Positions 28,701-37,414 are shown, numbered from the stretch's first letter. The stretch is DNA of 64,000 nucleotides from Nitrosopumilus sp. (GCA_963667665.2 OY763927.2:256001-320000), one strand, 5' to 3'. Program-made: numbers and translations. The notes: generated by a model not told the origin, from the sequence alone.

Positions 28701-31511
28701 GTGGCTCCACAAGTATGTCAGATGGTCGCCCTCAGGGTCTGAGGCAGTACCGCTCAGTGTGACGGCATCACCCTCGTCGACTGTCTGGTCCTGTCCGGCA
28801 TCCACTGTAGGTGGGTTGTTGGTAGGTACGTCCTGAATAGTGATGGTTACCTGATCGGTGACATCTGTGTTGGTGCCATCAGAGACGCTCAGCACAAAGG
28901 TGACGGTAACATCCGAGTCGACTGCCGGCGCAGTAAAGGTGGTCAACTGCGAGGTGGCATTCGATACGGTGATGGGCAGGACAGAGTCGTGGCTCCACAA
29001 GTATGTCAGATGGTCGCCCTCAGGGTCTGAGGCAGTACCGCTCAGTGTGACGGCATCACCCTCGTCGACTGTCTGGTCCTGTCCGGCATCCACTGTAGGT
29101 GGGTTGTTGGTAGGTACGTCCTGAATAGTGATGGTTACCTGATCGGTGACATCTGTGTTGGTGCCATCAGAGACGCTCAGCACAAAGGTGACGGTAACAT
29201 CCGAGTCGACTGCCGGCGCAGTAAAGGTGGTCAACTGCGAGGTGGCATTCGATACGGTGATGGACAGGGCAGAGTCGTGGCTCCACAAGTATGTCAGATG
29301 GTCGCCCTCAGGGTCTGAGGCAGTACCGCTCAGTGTGACGGCATCACCCTCGTCGACTGTCTGGTCCTGTCCGGCATCCACTGTAGGTGGGTTGTTGGTA
29401 GGTACGTCCTGAATAGTGATGGTTACCTGATCGGTGACATCTGTGTTGGTGCCATCAGAGACGCTCAGCACAAAGGTGACGGTAACATCCGAGTCGACTG
29501 CCGGCGCAGTAAAGGTGGTCAACTGCGAGGTGGCATTCGATACGGTGATGGACAGGGCAGAGTCGTGGCTCCACAAGTATGTCAGATGGTCGCCCTCAGG
29601 GTCTGAGGCAGTACCGCTCAGTGTGACGGCATCACCCTCGTCGACTGTCTGGTCCTGTCCGGCATCCACTGTAGGTGGGTTGTTGGTAGGTACGTCCTGA
29701 ATAGTGATGGTTACCTGATCGGTGACATCTGTGTTGGTGCCATCAGAGACGCTCAGCACAAAGGTGACGGTAACATCCGAGTCGACTGCCGGCGCAGTAA
29801 AGGTGGTCAACTGCGAGGTGGCATTCGATACGGTGATGGACAGGGCAGAGTCGTGGCTCCACAAGTATGTCAGATGGTCGCCCTCAGGGTCTGAGGCAGT
29901 ACCGCTCAGTGTGACGGCATCACCCTCGTCGACTACCTGGTCCTGTCCGGCATCCACTGTAGGTGGGTTGTTTGCGCTACTGCGCACCGTTATCTCCAGC
30001 ATCCTCCAGTTGTTGCCGTTCTCAAATATGCTGTTGCCAGATGCCGTCACTTTGACCGTGTAGGAACCCACATCCGGGGTGCTCCTGAACGCAAGGGTGG
30101 ATCCTCTTATCTCAAACAGGTCCGAATTGCCGCCGGTTCCAATCCCGTAGATCGGATTTTGGTCCCTCAGATACGGGTTCTGCGCAGATATGGTTGTGAC
30201 ATCAAGCGAGCTGCCGCTTACATCAAAGTCGGTGCGGGCAGGCACGATGTACCATGTTCCCAGATTCTGGTTGAAGATTGGGGTGCCGATGAACATGCTG
30301 GGCATGGCCGTAACGGACGAGACGTCCCAGCCGGAGAGGTCGCCGTCAAAGGAGAAGGCGCCTAAGAACATGTTGCCCATGTTGGTGACAGACGAGACGT
30401 CCCAGCCGGAGATGTCGCCGTCAAAGGTGGAAGCGAAAAAGAACATACTGTTCATGTTGGTGACAGACGAGACGTCCCAGCCGGAGATGTCGCCGTTGAA
30501 AACAGAGGTGCCCTCGAACGTGTGGTACATGTTGGTGACAGACGAGACGTCCCAGCCAGAGATGTCGCCGTTGAAGGCAGAGGCACCTAAGAACATATAG
30601 GTCATGTGGGTAACAGACGAGACGTCCCAGCCGGAGAGGTTGCCGTCAAAAGAGGCGGTGTTGAAGAACATGTATGTCATGTCGGCGACTCCTGACAGGT
30701 TCGGCGTGTCAGTTGCGTGATACACCATGTTGGCCGCCCTGCCAAAAGCCCCATTCATGGTAGTCCATTTCGTGTCGCCCCACTGCTCAATCGATCTGAG
30801 CTGGCGCGCGTTTGCAGCATCACCGTGCAGGTAAATGTTCTCAAGGCCCTCACCCAGTACGGTGACGGTGTAGATTCCGGCGGCATCGTACGAGTGAAAC
30901 TGGGAGTCGTTGACATTCGGGCTGTGGGATCCATCACCCCACAGGATAGAGTACGTGCCCATCATTGGAAGGGTTATGTTCCTGTCAGAGTCGCTGACAG
31001 CCCAGGTGGTGATAAAGGCGGCGCCCGTCTCCTTTACGGTGACATTCAGCGTGTCTGTGGCAGGCTGTGTGCCGTCATGTGCGGTAAGGACAAAAGTAAA
31101 GGTGGTGTCGCCTGTGACAGAGGGCGCCGTAAAGGTGGTGGAAGATGCAGAAGCATCAGCAAACGTGATGCGAGGGGTAACAGGGCCGGTCTGCGACCAT
31201 ATGTATGTCATGGGATCGCCGTCGGTATCTGTGGCAGAGCCTGAGAGCATGACAGTATTGCCCTCCCCGACGGTCAGGTCGCCTCCTGCCTGCACCACCG
31301 GGGGCGTATTGCTTGAAACCTGCGCAAAGGCGTATCGGGGTAGCGGCACGGATGCAGTCGGATCCGGAATCGGCCAGGTGTCGCTGACCTGCAGGTAGGA
31401 CTGCAAGCTCGGCGCAGACACCTGCCAGGGTCCGCCGTCGTGCAGTGCTGCCCCCCAGCCACCTGTTATCACAAGCATTATGGCCAGTATGACTGCCAGC
31501 ACAAATGTCAT
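22725..31511 (-). CDS. Giant secreted surface protein: PKD/K319-like Ig repeats, DUF285 (BspA-like) repeats, fibronectin type III domains
   Basis: N-terminal signal peptide; NPPTVDAGQDQ..LTY.W Ig repeats; WGDG PKD motif; 25-aa FNGDLSGWDVSSVTDM..MF repeats; FN3 W..P...Y...W...TITGL..G.TY.V.V.A. Confidence 0.92.
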   Translation of the reverse strand: MTFVLAVILAIMLVITGGWGAALHDGGPWQVSAPSLQSYLQVSDTWPIPDPTASVPLPRYAFAQVSSNTPPVVQAGGDLTVGEGNTVMLSGSATDTDGDPMTYIWSQTGPVTPRITFADASASSTTFTAPSVTGDTTFTFVLTAHDGTQPATDTLNVTVKETGAAFITTWAVSDSDRNITLPMMGTYSILWGDGSHSPNVNDSQFHSYDAAGIYTVTVLGEGLENIYLHGDAANARQLRSIEQWGDTKWTTMNGAFGRAANMVYHATDTPNLSGVADMTYMFFNTASFDGNLSGWDVSSVTHMTYMFLGASAFNGDISGWDVSSVTNMYHTFEGTSVFNGDISGWDVSSVTNMNSMFFFASTFDGDISGWDVSSVTNMGNMFLGAFSFDGDLSGWDVSSVTAMPSMFIGTPIFNQNLGTWYIVPARTDFDVSGSSLDVTTISAQNPYLRDQNPIYGIGTGGNSDLFEIRGSTLAFRSTPDVGSYTVKVTASGNSIFENGNNWRMLEITVRSSANNPPTVDAGQDQVVDEGDAVTLSGTASDPEGDHLTYLWSHDSALSITVSNATSQLTTFTAPAVDSDVTVTFVLSVSDGTNTDVTDQVTITIQDVPTNNPPTVDAGQDQTVDEGDAVTLSGTASDPEGDHLTYLWSHDSALSITVSNATSQLTTFTAPAVDSDVTVTFVLSVSDGTNTDVTDQVTITIQDVPTNNPPTVDAGQDQTVDEGDAVTLSGTASDPEGDHLTYLWSHDSALSITVSNATSQLTTFTAPAVDSDVTVTFVLSVSDGTNTDVTDQVTITIQDVPTNNPPTVDAGQDQTVDEGDAVTLSGTASDPEGDHLTYLWSHDSVLPITVSNATSQLTTFTAPAVDSDVTVTFVLSVSDGTNTDVTDQVTITIQDVPTNNPPTVDAGQDQTVDEGDAVTLSGTASDPEGDHLTYLWSHDSVLPITVSNATSQLTTFTAPAVDSDVTVTFVLSVSDGTNTDVTDQVTITIQDVPTNNPPTVDAGQDQVVDEGDAVTLSGTASDPEGDHLTYLWSHDSVLPITVSNATSQLTTFTAPAVDSDVTVTFVLSVSDGTNTDVTDQVTITIQDVPTNNPPTVDAGQDQTVNEGDILTLSGTASDADGDALTYLWSHDSDLEITLDNPSSVSVSFTVPQVTSNATITFTMTVTDKHNATGSDAVVISILDIPADDSQDPIADQFQKNTVVWNMSDPHGPRDIIRITLSSVTSGIIHATWEIPSEAPANYRISWAKVGDPYLTWTDSTGNAFPTDLAHTITGLEAGETYNVKVRASYSGTAGDWSGDVTITIAETATNTIAVPGTPVNIGVSPGSSSTLDVSWQAPAFDGGSSITGYTVQWKAASGDWTVPSDVSEAATTGTSHTITGLTNGTTYAVRVFATNSIGDGVPSAESMVTQQTPQQPLGSRDIGRIILTSTTPGTIDASWVAPSEAPANYRISWAKVGDPYLTWTDSTGNAFPTDLAHTITGLEAGETYNVKVRASYSGTAGDWSGDVIITVTETVTNTLAIGPPAVQTGDDQTVGESDTVRLSGSAMDPDDDPITYTWSQTDPTTPLITFANASAPSTTFTAPSVTGDTVFTLVLTADDGTQSATDTLNVTVKETGTAFITTWTASDSDRSITLPMEGTYSILWGDDTYSADVGGSQSHTYGAAGTYTVIVLGEGLEYIRLYDDSANARQLRSIEQWGDTKWTTMDGAFGRAANMVYRATDVPDLSGVTDMTYMFFNAISFDGDLSSWNVSGVTDMSGMFRDTTSFNGNLSAWDVSRVTDMDNVFHGATSFNGDLSSWNVSGVTDMDSMFFETRSFNGNLSAWDVSEVTDMSAMFHDAASFNGDLSAWVVSEVTDMSAMFHGANSFNGDLSAWNVSGVTDMSAMFHEAGRFNGNLSAWNVSGVTDMSAMFDRAHSFNGNLSAWDVSEVTDMTAMFYRATSFNGDLSTWDVSKVTKMIYMFLSASSFNGNISGWDVSSVTRMAGMFSGATSFNGDISSWDVSRVTDMSDMFYRATSFNQNLGAWYVVLDGDTMPSSTDSIGIAAQNWILNDQNPIYTIDGAATNGDKFLIANGTHLALRADQTVAQGQYNVTIKSTGSFGVGNSRIVEITVGEDVVPQTNNPPSVEAGPAQVVPEGSKIRLNGNATDTDGDHLTYSWSHDSTLDISLVNASAPSTTFTAPPVTGDTIFTLVLTADDGTQSATDTLSITVKETSTAFITTWTASNYDRSITLPMMGTYSILWGDGSHSPDVSGSQSHTYGAAGTYTVTVLGDGLESVNLRNDTVNALQLRSIEQWGDTKWTVMEEAFDGAVNMVYRATDAPDLSGVTDMSRMFNGASAFNGDISGWNVSSVTDMSSMFNGTTAFNQNLGTWYIVPAGTSPDVTTISAQNPYLSGQNPTYGMGSGGDSDLFEMRGSTLAFRSAQDAGFYTANVTAFGSNVFENGNNWRMLEITVRGPPVVQAGGDQTVGEGDTVRLSGSATDPNGDSITYTWSQTGPAAAPLITFANASASSTTFTAPQVTGDTTFTFVLTADDGTYSATDTLNVTVKETGTAFITTWTASNSDRSITLPIKGAYSILWGDGTYSANVGGSQSHTYGAVGTYTVTVLGDGLGRIHLYSDNANARQLRSIEQWGDTKWISMYESFYGAVNMVYRATDAPNLSGVTNMNRMFAGATAINGDLSGWDVSSVTDMSSMFYTAYAFNGDLSGWDVSSVITMRYMFFGAHAFNDDLSGWDVSSVTTMNGMFSSAHVFNGNLSGWDVSSVTDMGSMFYEAVTFNQLLDGWDVSSVTDMDGMFHSAYTFNQSLDDWDVSSVTYMRNMFYDAVAFNQNLGTWYIVPAGTDFDAGGDSLIVTTVSAQNLYLGNHNLTYGIGSGGDSDLFEMTGSTLAFKSAPNADSYTVKVTASGNDVFENGNNWRILEITVHDSANGQPAV
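25450..26340 (-). repeat. Largest block of 75-bp DUF285 repeats (other blocks ~23040-23530, ~24420-24550, ~30260-30700)
   Basis: Recurrent GAGACGTCCCA/GCCGTTGAAG motifs at a 75-bp period. Confidence 0.9.
26994..27813 (-). repeat. ~200-bp identical direct repeat (duplicated FN3 segment), 621 bp apart
   Basis: 26994-27193 matches 27615-27813 (PSEAPANYRISWAKVGDPYLTWT...GDWSGDV). Confidence 0.9.
28212..29970 (-). repeat. 288-bp (96-aa) tandem repeat, six full copies plus a partial
   Basis: GTCCTGTCCGGCATCCACTGTAGGTGGGTTG recurs at 28212, 28500, 28788, 29076, 29364, 29652 and 29940. Confidence 0.95.
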
Positions 31512-32403
31512 ATGGGCCGTCCTTGGAGGTACGCACCATCAGACGATCTTTTTAAAGATTGCCGAAAAATAACACCACAATTATAATCGAAAGTCATCGC
31601 TGTGATTGAATCCGCTAAGTATTTATGTTTAGATATTCAGCAAAATTTGCGCGGTGTCCAACAAATAATATACCTCATATTTAGTGTGAATGCATGCAAA
31701 AAGTATCCATGTGTGCTCTTTTTAAAGGTTTTCTGGATTTTTGTGTGCCTGTGTACGGCATTTGCCAGAGACAATGTTCCGCCAAGAAGACGGTCGAACG
31801 CATATCTGTACAATCTTTGTCACTCAGTACAGCTCTTTACCGGTTCGTTAGGGTTAATCGCAGTTACGCGCCCGAGCGTGAAAACTCAATCTGCATATCT
31901 CGCAAGTCCCTGACCTCAATCTCATGACATTCAGTCACATGGATAATCTGGAAGGCTGAAAACAATTAAACTGTCAGTAAAGATTGGTTAGCCTAGTCGT
32001 TCACTACACACTGACAGTCGCATCAGGCAGGCTGCAGGAGACGATCAACGAAATAAACGTGCCCATCTTGCTTGGAATCACAATACATCCGGTGGATACT
32101 CGTGGAAAAAAGAGCGTTTGTTACAAATTACAGTTAAAACCAAAGTCGCATGTAAAAGGCTGAGTGAGAGCCTCGTGAACCTAACTACGAAATAGTTTTG
32201 GCAAAGGGTACCGTCACAGTCGACGAATTCATGCTGGCACTACAGTACGTGCTTGAGCATGTCTGACTGTCTGTCTGTCACGGAAATGCCTGCACGGTAA
32301 CTGATCGAGCTCAAAGTGAAAATTAGCGACAATATTCAAAATTGCTCAATTACACACACATCCTCAGAAACATTTAGCCAGTTGATGGAATTGTACCCAA
32401 GTT

Positions 32404-32658
32404 TTGACCGACTGCATCCCCAAACTCAAGAGATGTAGTCATGAAAGTGATTATGCCGTACTATACAATTACATGTACATGGAGTACCTGCTGTGTCATT
32501 CCTGTTGGAATAAGGAAGATCCGGTACGGATAGACACTGACACAGTGAAGATATTCAGACCCAACCAGATGCGAGCCGTGCTGGTGCGGTGCATGCATTG
32601 CAACACCGATGTCACGGCGCAGAAAAACTGCACAAGATGCTTTCAAGACACCAGATGA
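32404..32658 (+). CDS. Small Cys-rich hypothetical protein
   Basis: 84 aa with LCHSC, RCMHC and NCTRC CxxC pairs. Confidence 0.45.
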   Translation: MTDCIPKLKRCSHESDYAVLYNYMYMEYLLCHSCWNKEDPVRIDTDTVKIFRPNQMRAVLVRCMHCNTDVTAQKNCTRCFQDTR

Positions 32659-32937
32659 CCATTTTAGGTTGGGATCCAATCAATGAATCATGAGTATGGA
32701 TATCTGGGAAAGATCCCAACTAAGATCAGTTAATGCGATGTATCCTGCTGAGGCGAAAAGTGTGACAGTTATTGGGATGGAGAATTTCTACGTGTCTTCA
32801 ATACGTATATGCTATCTGGATACATAATAGAGAAAAGTATGATTATCTCGTAATCGCGTTTGAACCTGAAACATATTGTTTATGCACTGTTTGTAGGGTG
32901 TCTTGTTGACATTTTTTGGTAGACCTGGTCTTTGGAT

Positions 32938-33028
32938 CCGGTCTTTGTTGAGATTTTCGAATGGATCCGGTCATTAAACCGGTCTTTGTTGAGATTTTCG
33001 AATGGATCCGGTCATTAAACCGGTCTTT
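32938..33028. repeat. 41-bp tandem duplication with recurring (GAT)CCGGTC motifs
   Basis: CCGGTCTTTGTTGAGATTTTCGAATGGATCCGGTCATTAAA x2 plus CCGGTCTTT. Confidence 0.9.
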
Positions 33029-33297
33029 ATGTCACCATGTCATGATATTAGCCCAAAAAGTACCAAAATAGGCTATTTTACCAACATATTTGCCAATCTC
33101 AACCCACTTTTTATGATAGATCCGGTCTTTGGCCTTTTTTCGCATTTTACCTTTCCTCATACTTTTTCGGCTTAATTCCTGATTGGAATTGTGCCAAAAC
33201 TTCCTTCATTGGAAGATTTTGTTAAGGCCCCAAAATCAAAGAAAGATTTTGGTATTCAAACAACCCTTAGAAATATAGAATCCAAATAAAATTCACA

Positions 33298-33363
33298 TTT
33301 CATTCTATATCCCCATAACGTTACAGAACCTTTCATTCTATATCCCCATAACGTTACAGAACC
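33298..33363. repeat. 33-bp perfect tandem duplication at the island/core boundary
   Basis: TTTCATTCTATATCCCCATAACGTTACAGAACC x2. Confidence 0.9.
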
Positions 33364-33543
33364 TGGAAATATGTTCGGGGCTTACATACTTGAGTACACG
33401 CCTGTGTTTGTTTCGTCATATTGATTACATTTTCGCTGTTTTGAAGGCCTGTTGATAACTGGATTTGATCTATTTTTTATAATTTTCGTTGTTGTGTACT
33501 TATGTATATAGGTCTCCGAAAATATAATAAAAGATTTTAACGT

Positions 33544-34716
33544 ATGCTCAATATGGAAACTAAAAACATTGGTTTGCGTGGAATCGAGATTGCAGATACC
33601 AAAATCTCAAATATAGACGGAGAGAAAGGCAAGCTAATTTATCGTGGATATGATATTTTAGATCTTACAAAAAATTCGACTTTTGAGGAAACAGCATATT
33701 TACTAATTTACGATAATCTACCAAACAAAAACCAACTAAATGAATTCAATGCAAAATTGATTGATGCAAGATACATTCCAAAGCAAATGCAAAAGAACAT
33801 GGCAAATTGGAGAAAAGATGCAGATCCTATGGATATGCTTCAAGCATTTGTTGCAGCACTTGCAGGATATTTTGATGAAGAATTTTCAACTAAAGAGGCT
33901 AGTCATGATAGAGCAATCAACCTCATTGCCAAAGTTCCATCAATAATTGCAAGTTGGCAGAGAATTAGAAACGGATTAGAGATTGTAGATCCTGATCCTT
34001 CGTTAAGTCATGCTGCAAATTTTCTATACATGATGTCTGGTGAAAAACCAGCACCTGAAGTTGAGAAAATTTTTGATGTATGTTTAATTCTTCATGCAGA
34101 CCATACTTTCAATGCATCAACATTTACAGCAAGACAAGTTGCATCAACTAGAGCACACATGTATTCAGCAACTAGTGCTGCAATTGGGGCATTAAGTGGG
34201 GAATTACACGGAGGAGCGAATACCGAAGTTATGAAAATGCTAGTGGATATTGGAAAAATAGAAAAAGTTGAAGCATGGATTAAAGAAAAAATGAGTAATG
34301 GTGATAGAATTATGGGAATGGGTCATGCAGTTTACAAAACATTTGATCCACGAGCACAAGTTCTAAAAGAACTATCAAGAAAACTTGCCGATAAAACCAA
34401 AGAGCCATGGTATGCCATAACAGAAAAAGTTGAAACTGTAACTATCTCTGAAATGAAATTACAGAAAGGTAGAGACATTTATCCTAATGTAGATTTGTAC
34501 AGTGCTTCACTCTATTACATGTTAAAAATTCCAGTAGATCTCAATACTCCAATCTTTGCAATCTCACGAGTTGTTGGATGGGCAGCACACATTATTGAGG
34601 AAAAATTTGCAGAGGCAGCACCAAAACCTGCACTATACAGACCAAAAGCAGCATATGTGGGAAAGTATTGCGGCCCAGAAGGATGCGAATACAAAACACT
34701 AGACTTGAGAAAATAA
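33544..34716 (+). CDS. gltA: Citrate synthase
   Basis: GKLIYRGY, LHADHTFNASTF, LHGGAN, IMGMGHAVYK, YPNVD motifs. Confidence 0.96.
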   Translation: MLNMETKNIGLRGIEIADTKISNIDGEKGKLIYRGYDILDLTKNSTFEETAYLLIYDNLPNKNQLNEFNAKLIDARYIPKQMQKNMANWRKDADPMDMLQAFVAALAGYFDEEFSTKEASHDRAINLIAKVPSIIASWQRIRNGLEIVDPDPSLSHAANFLYMMSGEKPAPEVEKIFDVCLILHADHTFNASTFTARQVASTRAHMYSATSAAIGALSGELHGGANTEVMKMLVDIGKIEKVEAWIKEKMSNGDRIMGMGHAVYKTFDPRAQVLKELSRKLADKTKEPWYAITEKVETVTISEMKLQKGRDIYPNVDLYSASLYYMLKIPVDLNTPIFAISRVVGWAAHIIEEKFAEAAPKPALYRPKAAYVGKYCGPEGCEYKTLDLRK

Positions 34717-34719
34717 TTT

Positions 34720-34980
34720 TTAATTTCGAGTACTGAGCCACTCTTTTGCTTTAGAGTTTACATCATGCTTGTACAATACTTCAAAAACCATATCATAAAA
34801 TGAAATGCCTTTTTTCTGTGCCTGAGCATCTAGCCACTTTATTCCGTCTGATAATTCAGGATCATATTCTGAGAATTCTACTAATTCATCGACCATCTTT
34901 GAGAAGAATGCGTGGGATTCAAGCATGAATACACCTTTCAATCTATGATCATAAGTGACATATTCAAAAAATATAGACAA
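34720..34980 (-). CDS. Conserved thaumarchaeal hypothetical protein (likely start 34927)
   Basis: DPELSDGIKWLDAQAQKKGISFYDMVFEVL. Confidence 0.7.
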   Translation of the reverse strand: MSIFFEYVTYDHRLKGVFMLESHAFFSKMVDELVEFSEYDPELSDGIKWLDAQAQKKGISFYDMVFEVLYKHDVNSKAKEWLSTRN

Positions 34981-35044
34981 AAAAGGTAACTACTACTGAC
35001 ATTTTGCTACCCAAATAGTCTAATATGCCAACTTTTATTCATAA

Positions 35045-35260
35045 ATGAAAATTTTTAATCAGAAATTAATGTCTCCAGCAGAGCGAAAAGAATTGCAAAA
35101 ATTAGATGATTTAGTACTTGATGCATCACCTGATGAATTAAAGAAAATTCAGGAAATTGACCATCAAACCCAGATGGAGGGATTATCATTTTATGATGTA
35201 TATCTTGATTCTAGTTCTTTGATTAATCCAAATATCAAAAAGTCTTTTAGAAAATCTTAA
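35045..35260 (+). CDS. Hypothetical protein, similar to its divergent neighbour
   Basis: PDELKKIQEIDHQTQMEGLSFYDV resembles the motif in 34720-34980. Confidence 0.65.
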   Translation: MKIFNQKLMSPAERKELQKLDDLVLDASPDELKKIQEIDHQTQMEGLSFYDVYLDSSSLINPNIKKSFRKS

Positions 35261-35304
35261 TTTTTCATTCTTCATTTAAATGAGGGAATAATTTTTCAAC
35301 CGTA

Positions 35305-36360
35305 TTGGCAGTTTCTAAAACCAAAAAATCTACAACTAAAAAAACTGCTACCAAAAAATCTACAACTAAACCTGTAAAGACTAAACGGACCAAAGTTATT
35401 TGCATCTCTCACAAGGAGGATAATGATGGAATCAGTTCTGCTGCATTAATCAGACAAGCCTTTGGTGGTGATGCTATTCTTGTTGATTATCCCGGTCAAA
35501 TGGAGGCACTAAATCAGGTGGTTTTAGATAAAAAACTAAAATCCTTGTACATTTGTGATCTTGGACTAAGCAAAAAGACACAAGATGAATTTATCGATAT
35601 AATGACTACTTTACGAAAAAACAAAGTTGCAGTTACATACATTGATCATCACGACATTGATCCTACTGTTGTAAAATCTTTAAAGAAAATCAAAGTAAAA
35701 GTTATTCATAATATCCATGAATGTACTGCTGTTTTGGTATATGATGCATTCAAATCCAAACTAGATGATCATGCTTCATTCATTGCAACTTGTGCTGCAA
35801 TTACTGATTATATGGAAGATAGACCGATTGGCTCAAAATTACTCCAAATTTATGATAGACAATTTGCACTAATTAGTGCCACAGTAATGACTTACAATAT
35901 CGTTGGACATCAAAAAGAACCTGATTATTTATTATATTTAGTAGAAGAATTAGCAGACTCAAAATTTCCACATGATATTCCAAATACATTCGAGTTTGCA
36001 CAAATCCAAGTTGAAAAGCTTTCTCTTATGATTGACAAAGTGAAAAAAGGAATGAAAATTATGAAAAATCTTGGTTATATGGAAATTCTAGACGCTGGCG
36101 CAAGTGGTGCTGTTAATTTTGTGATGGGATTATCTGGCAAAGATGTTGGTGTTGCATACAAAGAAAGAGTTGATCATGGAATCTATGCTGTATCAGTTAG
36201 AGGCTCTAAGAACTGTAAAGTTCACTTGGGGAGAATTGTTAATATTTTAGCAACTGACCTTGGTGGTTCTGGTGGTGGGCATGATAAGGCATGTGGATGT
36301 ATTATTCCAAAACCAAAAATAAAAAAATTCATTACAGAATTAAATAAAAAAATTAAATAA
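35305..36360 (+). CDS. DHH/DHHA1 family phosphoesterase
   Basis: HKEDNDG, CDLG, IDHH and GGGHDKACG motifs; Lys/Thr-rich N-tail. Confidence 0.88.
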   Translation: MAVSKTKKSTTKKTATKKSTTKPVKTKRTKVICISHKEDNDGISSAALIRQAFGGDAILVDYPGQMEALNQVVLDKKLKSLYICDLGLSKKTQDEFIDIMTTLRKNKVAVTYIDHHDIDPTVVKSLKKIKVKVIHNIHECTAVLVYDAFKSKLDDHASFIATCAAITDYMEDRPIGSKLLQIYDRQFALISATVMTYNIVGHQKEPDYLLYLVEELADSKFPHDIPNTFEFAQIQVEKLSLMIDKVKKGMKIMKNLGYMEILDAGASGAVNFVMGLSGKDVGVAYKERVDHGIYAVSVRGSKNCKVHLGRIVNILATDLGGSGGGHDKACGCIIPKPKIKKFITELNKKIK

Positions 36361-36444
36361 TCACTGTAAAAATCTAGGAATCTTTTTTTGCTATATGTGG
36401 GACTGGGAATAATTTTTGGATTTGCAGGATTGACTGCATTGAAA

Positions 36445-36964
36445 CTAAAAAAAGAGATAAAGTTGAAAAAAATTGCTGTCTCCGCAGTCCTCTTTATTTT
36501 TAAAAATAGATTTTCTTCTAGTACCTAGATCTGCTGTTAATAAAGTTCTGAAATAACTAATTTGATCAAGTACTACTTTGAGTTCATCATCATGTCTAGG
36601 AAATTCTGACTTTTTGCTTTTACTTATTTCTTTTAATCTATCTTTGAGTGTCTGATATCCGTGATCCATAGTTTTACGAGATAACCACATCCCTCCATTT
36701 TCATCATGATACCATTTTCTTATCTCTATTAACAATTCTTCACAATCCATTTTTTTTTACATCTATTCCTGTGTTTTGAATTTTTTTTAATGAATGCAAT
36801 GTCTTCCAAATTTTTTTGTATGGTTCGATTCGATTCTTTTGTAATTCAACATCAAACTTTAATTCTATATTTTTTCGTAGTTTTACAACTGCAATAACAT
36901 AAGTGACTAAAAAAGTCAAAACAATTGAAATGATACTAGTTATTAATGTAAAATCATGTTCCAT
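36445..36964 (-). pseudogene. Hypothetical membrane-anchored protein split by a homopolymer frameshift (ORFs 36740-36964 and 36445-36750)
   Basis: Removing one base from the 9-T tract at 36750-36758 fuses the two ORFs (...IDVKK-MDCEELL...). Confidence 0.65.
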
Positions 36965-37011
36965 AATTTTTCATAATTTATGAATTCATAAACATTGCCC
37001 TGAATAATGTC

Positions 37012-37380
37012 TTAATCTACTTTAATTGAAAACGCCAAGAGCTCACCTTTACCTTTGCTTAGAAACTTGGCAATTTTAGCCATTAGTCCGTACTTTTTTT
37101 CTCTCCATTTTACTACATCTTGGGTTTGCTCGTCTGTCAAAATTTCAGCAACACCTGAAATCCATTGACCTTTAATTTTTCCTTTGAAATTACATGTTGC
37201 AATTTTTACCTGCTGATTATTTCTAAGACGTTTTACTTTTCCTGTTTGGTCTCGTGTTACTACATAAATCAAATCATCTTTAATTACAAACCAAACTGGA
37301 GTTTGAACTGACTCATTATTTTTTCTATAAGTTTCAAGTGAAATACATTTTCCTGATTCTAACTCTTCTAAATTGTTCAT
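37012..37380 (-). CDS. PPOX-class F420-dependent oxidoreductase family protein
   Basis: ISLETYRKN..VQTPVWF...TGKVKRLRNN pattern. Confidence 0.85.
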   Translation of the reverse strand: MNNLEELESGKCISLETYRKNNESVQTPVWFVIKDDLIYVVTRDQTGKVKRLRNNQQVKIATCNFKGKIKGQWISGVAEILTDEQTQDVVKWREKKYGLMAKIAKFLSKGKGELLAFSIKVD

Positions 37381-37414
37381 GTAATATTATATTTTTTAAT
37401 TCATTTAGGTTTAT

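Noticed and set aside
22353-31539. Plus-strand and off-frame ORFs overlapping the 2928-aa gene
   Set aside because: Antisense shadows of GC-rich coding DNA, with no independent motifs.
20067-31979. 13-bp inverted match ACTGACAGTTTAA (20067) / TTAAACTGTCAGT (31967) as terminal inverted repeats
   Set aside because: One copy is inside a CDS, the match does not extend, and matches of this length are expected by chance in 64 kb.
31602-32400. ORFs 31602-31913 and 31694-31927 and adjacent DNA as genes or IS remnants
   Set aside because: No recognisable motifs in the frames examined; probably degraded sequence.
32938-33363. CRISPR array
   Set aside because: The repeats are adjacent duplications without unique spacers, and there are no cas genes.
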